From an uncultured Gammaproteobacteria bacterium (GTDB lineage Bacteria > Patescibacteriota > Microgenomatia > Daviesbacterales > UBA10151), in contig CAZCNP010000001.1 of NCBI GenBank assembly GCA_964500725.1, positions 257,520 through 321,519 of the forward strand: 64,000 nucleotides of DNA, read 5' to 3'. The first letter of the stretch is position 1; each line of letters opens with the position of its first letter. Shown in pieces: positions 45,824 to 54,011 of the stretch. The position numbers and the translations under genes were made by a program. The notes under the pieces are model-generated. The model was not told the DNA's origin, searched no databases, and saw nothing but the letters and a program-made list of their open reading frames with translations.

Positions 45824-47515
45824 TTATCCCTTACCCTTTTTTAGATTATTAACAATGATGAGGTACTCTTCGTAAGAAAAGCGGTACTGATTCAGGGTAG
45901 ACGTGAACCCTCTTGAACGAAGATTGGTTTGTTTAAGCCCTAATTTTTCTACAGCTTTACGAATAACACCTCTCGGCAGTTTTAATTCTTTAGACAAATC
46001 ACTTAAGGTATAAGAAGCCTTTGTTCCTTCTGGGATTTGTACGGCAGCTTGAGAACTAGTGGAAATTGCAGTAGGTCGGCCACTTCTTTTTGTATGTTCT
46101 GCAATGACAAAATCTGCACAAGAGGCTAAATCACCTTTAAAACTAGTTAAAAATGCCTCCAGTAACCCAACCTTTCTAAACCAACTAATACTTAATTTAT
46201 CTTTTAAATCTCCATTAATTGCACCTTCACCTATAGCCTGTTCAACTGCTAAATAAAAGCTTTGTCTGTGTTCATCAGGAGAACGTTCTTCTTCAAAGGC
46301 GGTTTGAGGTTTTACTTCTGGAGTTTGGAGAATACCAGTTTTTCTAAACACTACTAGCTGCTCTGATTTTACTCTTGACAATCTAATTCTTTGATACTTT
46401 GATAGGATTTCTTCTCCATAATATTCAATTGCTACTTGATTTCTTGATCCTTCTCTAAAAATTAAATAACCTCCAACTTTTAAAGCCTGATCTAGTTGTC
46501 TTAGAACATCTTCCTGGTCATGCTCCTCAATTTCACTAAATCTGTCACACTCTACGATCGCATCAAAACAATTCCTTAAGTTTTCAGGAAATGTGGGAGG
46601 GTAATAACGGACTGGGTAGATATGGAATCTATCATAGAACCGTTCAGCGAGTCCTTGTTTGTCTTCGTCCAATCCATCTCTGTAAAAATTATCACCATAT
46701 CGATATGGATAAGAAAGATAAGTATTGGCATCTTTTCTGAAACGCTGAGTTACCAAAGATGCACCGGTAATAAATTCCTCTTTTCCTTGAGCCTTTTTCT
46801 CACTCTGAGTCATTTTTTCAGAAAAACCTTTTAGATTCATTAATAAACTAGTAAAGTGTGCATACAGTCCACTTTTAAGATAAGGACCAGGAGTAAGTAT
46901 AGTTAACTCACCATTAGGGCCAAGGGATTGTAAAATTAAGGTTGGCAAGACAGCATCATGTCCACTCAGGAAGCTGCAAACACTATCACCTGGCCTTAGG
47001 GATTGTCCAAGAGCTTCCAGCAGATCCTGGTTTTCTCCTTTCCACCAATTTTCAACATTTTTTCGGCGACGGTGGACATTATGAGTATCTCTAATTACTA
47101 TTTTCTCTCCGTTTTTAGTCTCTTGCCTAGCTTGATTGTTTTCAATTCTTCTTCCGTGCAAAAAATGAATTTTTTCTTTTTTTGCAACAGTCATGGTTTG
47201 TCTTATTCTGGCTTCTATTTCCTCTTCGCGTGCGCTCCATTTTTGTTGTAGAGGGGAAGTTAAATCAGGATAGTTAAGATTTAACAGAGGCCTGTGATAC
47301 AAATCAGGATAGGCAAAGCATAATGCTTCAGTGATATCGCCTTGAAATCTACTGGCTAAAACAGATATTAAGCCAGCTCTTCTGAATGAGGCTATGGAAA
47401 CCTCAGCCCCTAGACGACGGTAATCTTGGTGGGTAGTCGTCCCGTCAACACCATACCCATCTCTGAGCATTTGTCTTATATTTGAACGTAATACTTCTCC
47501 TTCAACTAATGCCAT
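45824..47515 (-). CDS. Protein with degenerate class I SAM-methyltransferase-like domain, a duplicated helical motif and C-terminal HTH
   Basis: LRPGDSVCSFLSG...LGPNGELT and FDAIVE...VLRQLDQALKVGGYLIF; repeat FRRAGL..FQGD / FRKVGL..FKGD; YTLSDLSKELKL HTH. Confidence 0.65.
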   Translation of the reverse strand: MALVEGEVLRSNIRQMLRDGYGVDGTTTHQDYRRLGAEVSIASFRRAGLISVLASRFQGDITEALCFAYPDLYHRPLLNLNYPDLTSPLQQKWSAREEEIEARIRQTMTVAKKEKIHFLHGRRIENNQARQETKNGEKIVIRDTHNVHRRRKNVENWWKGENQDLLEALGQSLRPGDSVCSFLSGHDAVLPTLILQSLGPNGELTILTPGPYLKSGLYAHFTSLLMNLKGFSEKMTQSEKKAQGKEEFITGASLVTQRFRKDANTYLSYPYRYGDNFYRDGLDEDKQGLAERFYDRFHIYPVRYYPPTFPENLRNCFDAIVECDRFSEIEEHDQEDVLRQLDQALKVGGYLIFREGSRNQVAIEYYGEEILSKYQRIRLSRVKSEQLVVFRKTGILQTPEVKPQTAFEEERSPDEHRQSFYLAVEQAIGEGAINGDLKDKLSISWFRKVGLLEAFLTSFKGDLASCADFVIAEHTKRSGRPTAISTSSQAAVQIPEGTKASYTLSDLSKELKLPRGVIRKAVEKLGLKQTNLRSRGFTSTLNQYRFSYEEYLIIVNNLKKGKG

Positions 47516-47578
47516 ATTTGGTTTTGGAATTATAGGTTATTTCTGTAAGAAACGCAACTTGTCCGGAATGAAGGAAAT

Positions 47579-47815
47579 TTATCTACTCCAGATGCCTTTT
47601 TTGTGGACTTTGGCTTTCTCTTGTAGTTTGAGTAGTTGGTCCTGATAAATGAAGGGCTTTTTGTGTTGGTAGACAACTACTTGAGCCATGCCTGATTTGG
47701 CAAGCTCCATGGAGACATTTTTACCATCAACTATTACATAAGCTAGTATCCTTCCGAATTTATCTCCTTTGTACTTATCATATAAGTTTTTTGAAACAGT
47801 AATCAGTTGAGGCAC
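47579..47815 (-). pseudogene. Thermonuclease (SNase-like) C-terminal fragment
   Basis: DKFGRILAYV, NVSMELAKSGMA, QEKAK..KKGIWS; the N-terminal DGDT half is missing. Confidence 0.75.
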
Positions 47816-47885
47816 AACATCATCTTATCACAAATTTTAAGTAAATTTGACATATCCTATAATTATATAGTATCATTATTTAAGT

Positions 47886-49907
47886 ATGGCAGAAGCACCA
47901 AAATTTCTTAGGGGATTGTTTGCAGGACGTGATGTGTCAGGTCATTCAGGAACTATTTCAGCACAAATACAAGGTGACGCGTTTATTGAGCAGTATACTG
48001 AGCGTGAGATATATGACTCAAGAGGTATCGATAGAGAGTACGGTCAGATAGTTAAAGAAATGCAAAGGGCTCAGGGTGGGATAAATAATGGAATACCTCT
48101 TAAAGGACATTCATCAAAAGATGTTCGTGAACACCAATTATGGCTACAAGCTCACAAAAGAGGCTGGGATATTTTCAATTATTTAACCAGCTTAGATGAA
48201 CCATATCAAGCTAAGGTAATGGGTGCTAGAGCTGGTGGAGAACCGTTAACAATAAATGATTTTTGCCGTTATCAGATAACACATGCGGGGGGGCAACTGC
48301 TTTTGGCAGATACTATCCATCAGCAGACTTCTTATGCAATAAGACATGGATTTGCCGACAGCTTCAGACCTTATGCGGATTTGCTGTCATTCGCTTTTGC
48401 TACAAGCAGGCTTAACATTGAAATTGAAAGGGTTTCCCTAGCAGATGTTTTAGAAGTCGATCCACAAAAAGACGGTGTTGTTAGCCAATATAGGTTTTTC
48501 ATGGATTCGATTTTAGTATCGTACAGAAAAACTCATGGATCAGTTTTCAAGACAAATAGAAGAGGTCTGTTCGGACAATACCCTAATCTAACGAAATACA
48601 TGATCGAATCGCTAACAGCAGAAGTGCGGGCAGGAATTTTAAGTAGCCCTGATGTAGTTGATAGTGACATAAGAAGCCAAGCAGGAATTCCTCGAGAAGC
48701 AGCACAAAGAGGTCAACAATTTGTTCGGCGTGTAGGAAACATACGAGAAGGGATATTCCGTCACGTTTTAAATCCAGATGCTCCAGAATTTAATGATCTT
48801 CAAGAAGCGGTAACTTTTTACCTTAGGCAAGGAAAATTTGAGAGGTTAAATGCACTTTATATCCTCGGACTTGATAGATTTAATCATATTTATCAGATGT
48901 ACAGGGTAGCCAGAGCTTTTCAGGAGAGATGCATACAGCCCAGTTTTTATAAACAGATTGAAGAAGCGGTATTGGAATACACCCATAGTGGGATGACAGA
49001 TGGAGTTATTTTAAACGAAGAGGATGCATATGAAGTTCTTGATCCTGAGCAAGTTGTGGATCAGACAGCCATCAAGGTGCAGTCGTTTGGAGCAATTATC
49101 AGTTCTATATTTTCGAAAGGATCACAGAGGATATTTGATAATATTGATCCTGTGGTAGTAGACTCTACGGGTTTCTCAAGACCACAAGTTGTTGCTGTAG
49201 CATTTGACCAAAACAGACCACAAAGGTTTGCTGTACACTTGCGTTGGGAAAATCAGTTTGGAGAATCAACAGATCTTAACTTATACTTTGATACTAAACA
49301 AGCAGCATTAAGAGATGCGTTTGATTGGAATTTCCTTAAACTTCCGGCAGATCCAGATATGAGAGTAATAAATGTAGCCTCATTATCGGTAACACAAGCT
49401 ATTCTTCTTTCTATAAATACCGAAGTTTCGAAAGCATATCAGGAAAAACAGCAGAAACGAGGAATGCCAGCTAACCAACAAGCAAGACCCAAACAAAAAA
49501 GGGAGCATATTACAGATGTCGTATATGAAATGAGAAAACAGACAAGACAGGAAGCAAGAATCCAACCGACTGCTGAGAGAGTTGACTTATCAGAGGCAAT
49601 TGAAGGTATTGCGATTCCAAAAAGAATATTAACTCCTGAACCTGCAGAATTTGATGAAATGCTTCAGAATATTCATTCTGGTGAAAGAGGCGATGTTCTA
49701 AAATCCATAGCCCGCTTTAATGAGGAAAGAGTAGGTGAATTTACCAGAAAAAAATCCAAGGGGCCTAATGGTGAAACTTTATATACTTTACGGGTAGGTC
49801 ATACCAGAGTACTTGTTTACGAAGTGGAATCGTCAAATGGAGTTAGGCAGTTTAAAATAATGGATATTGATGACAGATCAAGGATTTACAGAAAAAGTAA
49901 AATATAG
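47886..49907 (+). CDS. Large hypothetical protein with C-terminal RelE/ParE-like domain
   Basis: Last ~85 aa: EFDEMLQNI...VLKSIARF...YTLRVGHTRVLVYE...IMDIDDRSRIYR. TTGACA and TATAAT-like elements lie upstream. Confidence 0.7.
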   Translation: MAEAPKFLRGLFAGRDVSGHSGTISAQIQGDAFIEQYTEREIYDSRGIDREYGQIVKEMQRAQGGINNGIPLKGHSSKDVREHQLWLQAHKRGWDIFNYLTSLDEPYQAKVMGARAGGEPLTINDFCRYQITHAGGQLLLADTIHQQTSYAIRHGFADSFRPYADLLSFAFATSRLNIEIERVSLADVLEVDPQKDGVVSQYRFFMDSILVSYRKTHGSVFKTNRRGLFGQYPNLTKYMIESLTAEVRAGILSSPDVVDSDIRSQAGIPREAAQRGQQFVRRVGNIREGIFRHVLNPDAPEFNDLQEAVTFYLRQGKFERLNALYILGLDRFNHIYQMYRVARAFQERCIQPSFYKQIEEAVLEYTHSGMTDGVILNEEDAYEVLDPEQVVDQTAIKVQSFGAIISSIFSKGSQRIFDNIDPVVVDSTGFSRPQVVAVAFDQNRPQRFAVHLRWENQFGESTDLNLYFDTKQAALRDAFDWNFLKLPADPDMRVINVASLSVTQAILLSINTEVSKAYQEKQQKRGMPANQQARPKQKREHITDVVYEMRKQTRQEARIQPTAERVDLSEAIEGIAIPKRILTPEPAEFDEMLQNIHSGERGDVLKSIARFNEERVGEFTRKKSKGPNGETLYTLRVGHTRVLVYEVESSNGVRQFKIMDIDDRSRIYRKSKI

Positions 49908-50110
49908 TTTTAATATGTACAGCTTCCTTGATCAGAAGCTATTAGTAGATAGTTCGAGCCTACTTCATACCTTTCCCATTCATTTCCTTCATCTGCTGCC
50001 ATTTTGTAGCCTTCTTTAACTGATTCTAATACAGCATTAATTTCCCAAGTATCATTATCTTAACAATACTACTAATTTGTTTTCTTGTGATATATTTAAA
50101 GTAGGATAAT

Positions 50111-50290
50111 ATGAAAGGCTTAATTGATTTAATATTCCTTGTCTCAATTAGTTTCCTGATTGGTTATATTTTTAGAAATATTTATCCTACTGACAGAGAA
50201 CTGGCCGTAGGTTTACTTATTCCCTCATTTTTGGCTTTGATAGCATATTGTATTAAAGTTGGAATAATTAAATTTACTCAAGATAAATAA
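50111..50290 (+). CDS. 59-aa two-TM membrane protein
   Basis: Below the track cutoff. MKGLIDLIFLVSISFLIGYIFRNIYPTDRELAVGLLIPSFLALIAYCIKVGIIKFTQDK*, with AGGA upstream. Confidence 0.55.
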   Translation: MKGLIDLIFLVSISFLIGYIFRNIYPTDRELAVGLLIPSFLALIAYCIKVGIIKFTQDK

Positions 50291-50298
50291 AGGAATTT

Positions 50299-51150
50299 TT
50301 AGTTAGAGATAATAATCTCAGAAACTTCAATAAGGTTTGTTTCTTTGGTCATATTACCTGTTACAGTCACTAACTTCCCCATTTGATCAGCAAAATTAAT
50401 ATTTGGGTTTTTAGATTTTAACTTCCACATAGAGGAATCTGAAGAAGTGAGGTAAAAACCCCCTGTAGCTGATTTTTGAATAGTCCCTTGTTGGATAATT
50501 TGTCTGTGAAGAATTGGGCTGGAAGTTGGAAAAAAGGTTTTTAAAACAAGGGCTGTGACACCTGAGGAAACACCACCAGAAATAATAACAGAGGCAATTA
50601 GAACTGCAGTGATAGGTTTGATTCTAAAACCCATTTTAAAATCTATTCCTTCTTTAGCTAGGATTTTATTCCACCATTTTTTAATATATGTGATGGGATT
50701 TCTCACTGTAACTATGGGAGGATCAGAATCTGGGATATATTGCTTGGGGCTGGTCTCAATTAAAGGAGGAAAGGGATTAGGGGAATTTTGGGTGTTCGGG
50801 GAAATTGGGGAGATTTGGGAAGTTGGGGGTGTTTGGGGTTGAGAAGCATGAGGGTGTTCATAAGGAAGAAAGTGCCCATGTTCATCCCTCAGTCTTGCTT
50901 TGGCTACATCTGAATGAGTAGGATGATGAGGGGTTTCAGGAAGACTAGGGGTATTTGGGGAATTCAGGGAATTTGGGGAGGAAATTGAGGGCGCAAGAGG
51001 GTTAGGGTAAGGATTTTGAGGGGGTTGAGACTGGTAGGGATTATTTGGATCTACTGGATTGGTGTGAGGGTTAAAATCTGATCCAAAAGGAGGAAGTGGA
51101 TTAGAAATACTATTGTTTGGATTTGATGGATCATTAGGCAAGTTATCCAT
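50299..51150 (-). CDS. Pro-rich membrane protein with small C-terminal beta (OB-like) domain
   Basis: P/N/S-rich N-terminus with 9-bp repeat units, a TM helix, then GKLVTVTG...IEVSEI. Confidence 0.75.
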   Translation of the reverse strand: MDNLPNDPSNPNNSISNPLPPFGSDFNPHTNPVDPNNPYQSQPPQNPYPNPLAPSISSPNSLNSPNTPSLPETPHHPTHSDVAKARLRDEHGHFLPYEHPHASQPQTPPTSQISPISPNTQNSPNPFPPLIETSPKQYIPDSDPPIVTVRNPITYIKKWWNKILAKEGIDFKMGFRIKPITAVLIASVIISGGVSSGVTALVLKTFFPTSSPILHRQIIQQGTIQKSATGGFYLTSSDSSMWKLKSKNPNINFADQMGKLVTVTGNMTKETNLIEVSEIIISN

Positions 51151-51213
51151 AGTTTAAGTATATGACCATTTAATATATGAAAGCAAATTAAGCAATTTTT
51201 TAATAATTTTTAA

Positions 51214-51663
51214 GCCCCGCAAACCCGCCGTTAAAAGAAAAAAAGGGCGCGGCAGCGCCCAGGGGGGCCGCATCCCGCACCAGAATTGGTGCGGGAAAGG
51301 CAAGCGGTCTTTCAAGACCGCTACCACGCGCCGACCTAAAATATATAGATTTCTCTTTTAGAAGGGAATATTAAAAAAACAGTATTTAATAAGAAAAGTA
51401 ACGGGATGTTAAAAGGCGCGGGGGGCGAGCGAAGAAGGAGGTCAGTTAAAAAGGAAAGAAATATAGAATTTATGGTGGGGTTAATAGGGACTTCTTAAAA
51501 TTCAGGAAGCAAGCCCCCAAAGGCACCCCCCGAGGCAGGTAAAGTTTTTTAGTTGAGCGGCCGACTAACAGGAGGACGCGAAACCCTAAAGATCAGATTA
51601 GTCCTAAGTATTAAAATAAACCAATAGAAAGCAAGCCGATAAGGGGGTATGGGTTTGCGGGGC
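51214..51663. repeat. 450-bp non-coding segment bounded by a 13-bp perfect inverted repeat and rich in GC hairpins
   Basis: GCCCCGCAAACCC (51214-51226) and GGGTTTGCGGGGC (51651-51663); internal hairpins GGGCGC/GCGCCC, CCCGCACC/GGTGCGGG, GCGGTCTT/AAGACCGC. Confidence 0.65.
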
Positions 51664-51926
51664 ATACCTTAATATTGTTTACCATTATCACCATTAACCA
51701 TTATTAATGGTTACCATTAATGGAGTTAAGCTCAAATCTACCATTGGTATCCATTAATGGATTACTTATGGTGATTAGATTGTTACAACAAGCTAATAAT
51801 GGAAAATATAGAAATATGAATAAATAAAATAAATATTCCATTGAACAATGGGAATGTGATTGGTTGCCTGCGGATGGGAGGCAGGGGCCAAGGGCAACAT
51901 TTTTCTTCCTTTTCCCCTTCTTTGAT

Positions 51927-52232
51927 CGAAATTTTCCCCCAAATAATATATTTTTGTTTAGCGAAGTCCCGCGAAGCGGGACTGAGCGAAGCGAACCGCA
52001 AATGCATGCATCAGATTTAGAGCCTTGAAGGATTTAAGTTTGAGGTAGGGATTTGTAATGAGGTGGGAAGCGAAAATGCCTTGAAAGCCGACACAAAATG
52101 CGTCGATTAAGGTTCAAAGCGGAAGCTTGCAATTCCTTTTCCCCTTTACCCCTTTTCCTTGCAAGCTTTGAAATCCTTAGTAATTGTTGATGAAGTAGGT
52201 CCTAGCCGTATCATATATGCACTCCCAATCCC
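51927..52232 (-). repeat. Inverted repeat B right copy / right att site of the element
   Basis: 51927-52019 is identical (93 bp) to the reverse complement of 38751-38843. The minus strand encodes RDWECIYDTARTYFINNY*. Confidence 0.92.
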
Positions 52233-52288
52233 TATTTCTGGCTCCTCTCTTGCAGATTAGCTTGGTTTTAATATATAATCCCTAAATC

Positions 52289-52456
52289 ATGGCTAAAAAA
52301 GGAAACAGACAATTATTCAATATGCAGTGTTCTGATTGCAAAAACAGGAATTATACTGCAACAAAAAATACAGTAAATATTAAAGAAAAGCTTGTTTTGA
52401 ACAAGTTCTGTAAACACTGTATTAAAACCACAGAACACAAAGAAGTCAAGCTATAA
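52289..52456 (+). CDS. rpmG: 50S ribosomal protein L33
   Basis: Below the track cutoff. MAKKGNRQLFNMQCSDCKNRNYTATKN...LVLNKFCKHCIKTTEHKEVKL*. Confidence 0.95.
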   Translation: MAKKGNRQLFNMQCSDCKNRNYTATKNTVNIKEKLVLNKFCKHCIKTTEHKEVKL

Positions 52457-52512
52457 TCTGTTTTCAGTTCTCTATTTTTAAACCTCAATTTGGTATACTA
52501 CCTAAAGTATCT

Positions 52513-52586
52513 AGGGATGTGATGAAATGGTATCATAGAGGTCTCCAAAACCTTTTTTTCAGGTTCGAATCCTGACATCCCTGCCA
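52513..52586 (+). tRNA. tRNA-Trp(CCA)
   Basis: AGGGATG/CATCCCT acceptor, GAGGT-CTCCAAA-ACCTT anticodon arm, GGTTCGAATCC, encoded CCA end. Confidence 0.95.
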
Positions 52587-52591
52587 ACTTC

Positions 52592-53182
52592 CTATCTAGC
52601 ACTAAGATTAAATGTACCCTTATAAAATTTCTTCAACGAACCTTCAGAAATAGCTTGGCAAGTTGCTACAACCGGTTCAATATCTTTTTTGGATCTACTT
52701 AGCTGGGGAACTAAGTAATAATTAGCCATATCTAAGCCAAGCTGCATTACTACTAACTTTCCAATTGAATCTGCGCACCAATCATAATACTCCCCCCATG
52801 CACACACAGAACTTTTAGGATCATAGGATATATCATTTGTTCTAAGTAATTGCGCTACATCAATCAAATGATAATCTGTCCGTCCAATAGTAAGGAATCG
52901 ACGGCCATAGCCGCGCACGCCCGTTTGAACCCTGTTAACATCTTCACCCATTACGGGATTGCTAGAAGTTGGTTTCTTTAAAGCCTCCTCTAATTGCTCT
53001 TCTGTTAAAGCGGAAAAATAAAGCCACAAAACTCCTTGTTTAGAAACAAAACGCTGCAACCTCTCGTCCCAAAGAGCTGTTAATCTCTGATGTGTTAAAT
53101 CTGGTACTGAAGACCCGCCACGAAAAATGTGATCACCTAAATGAACCGCTACTTCAAAATGAGTAATCCGTTCTTCTATCAT
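52592..53182 (-). CDS. Hypothetical protein
   Basis: 196-aa ORF; TGnTAGTAT 6 nt before the ATG. Confidence 0.7.
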   Translation of the reverse strand: MIEERITHFEVAVHLGDHIFRGGSSVPDLTHQRLTALWDERLQRFVSKQGVLWLYFSALTEEQLEEALKKPTSSNPVMGEDVNRVQTGVRGYGRRFLTIGRTDYHLIDVAQLLRTNDISYDPKSSVCAWGEYYDWCADSIGKLVVMQLGLDMANYYLVPQLSRSKKDIEPVVATCQAISEGSLKKFYKGTFNLSAR

Positions 53183-53240
53183 AGAGAAATACTAACAAAA
53201 TTTTGATATTAATCAAACTATAGAGTCTGTGGTTGATAGT

Positions 53241-53945
53241 TTAAAAATTAACCTTAATTCTGGCAGATTGGATAAACAAACTTCTTGCTTCAGTACTTTT
53301 CATCTGTAAAGTGTAGGTTTTTTGTCCAGAAGCTAATTTAAATGTTCCAGAAGTTTGAGTGCTAAATGTTGCTGTGCTGTTGTCTACCTGTGATGAAACA
53401 GCTGCTTGATCTGTAACATTATAAAGTCTCACTGAACCCTTTCCTGTAGGTTCAGCCAATCTAAAATTAACTTCAAGCTGCATACTGGAATAGCCAGCAT
53501 AGTCTTCTGAGTTAAGAGTCACCATATACTCGTCTAATTTATACCAATCTGCGTTGCCCCATGGCCCTCCGCCAGATCCTAAGGGAATATATAAAGGATA
53601 CTTAGAAGTTGTAACAGCTGGGACAGATGGTGTAGCCTTTTCCAAAGCAGAAACACGAGCCCGTAGATTGGTAATTGCCGATTCTACATCTTTTATTCTT
53701 GAATCTGATACAGTTGAGCCTGTATTTCGAGGAACTGGGGATGCTTGTGTTGTAGTATCTTGTAAACTAGCAGTATTGGCTTCTGTGCCCACCGCAGGCA
53801 AAGTTTTAGGTACCTCATTAAGAGTTGTTTCTTGTTGGATGGTTTGCGATGCAGATAAGGCCTGTTGGTTAGTTAAATATCTCCAGCACATCAACCCGGA
53901 AAGCATAATAATAGGTATAAGCACAAAGGGCAGCAGTTTAATCAC
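53241..53945 (-). CDS. Membrane-anchored hypothetical protein (TM, coiled coil, beta-rich domain)
   Basis: N-terminal TM, Thr-rich linker, RIKDVESAITNLRARVSALEK. Confidence 0.75.
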   Translation of the reverse strand: MIKLLPFVLIPIIMLSGLMCWRYLTNQQALSASQTIQQETTLNEVPKTLPAVGTEANTASLQDTTTQASPVPRNTGSTVSDSRIKDVESAITNLRARVSALEKATPSVPAVTTSKYPLYIPLGSGGGPWGNADWYKLDEYMVTLNSEDYAGYSSMQLEVNFRLAEPTGKGSVRLYNVTDQAAVSSQVDNSTATFSTQTSGTFKLASGQKTYTLQMKSTEARSLFIQSARIKVNF

Positions 53946-54011
53946 AAATTAATAATACCACATCCCTATTGGCTTGATTTTTGTCCCATAGTCTGTTAGA
54001 ATATTCCCTTT

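Larger units (their letters stand above)
36607..52232. mobile_element. Integrative element of about 15.6 kb at the tRNA-Thr(GGT) 3' end
   Basis: Integrase at the left end. Direct cores CTCCCAgcCCC (36599-36609) and CTCCCAatCCC (52222-52232). The right end encodes the displaced integrase C-terminus in frame. Removing the element puts tRNA-Thr next to rpmG-tRNA-Trp, the usual gene order. Confidence 0.85.

Noticed and set aside
49910-50062. Minus-strand coding-like stretch (DNDTWEINAVLESVKEGYKMAADEGNEWERYEVG...)
   Set aside because: Preceded by an in-frame stop with no convincing start; probably a gene remnant, and I cannot assign it or call it an antitoxin.
51783-52007. 74-aa minus-strand ORF (MHLRFASLSPASRDFAK...)
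   Set aside because: Lies in the palindromic inverted repeat B; the peptide reflects GCGAAGC-type hairpin DNA, so it is probably spurious.
36607-52232. Prophage or conjugative ICE identity for the island
   Set aside because: No capsid, terminase, tail, relaxase or T4SS genes recognised; called only an integrative element.
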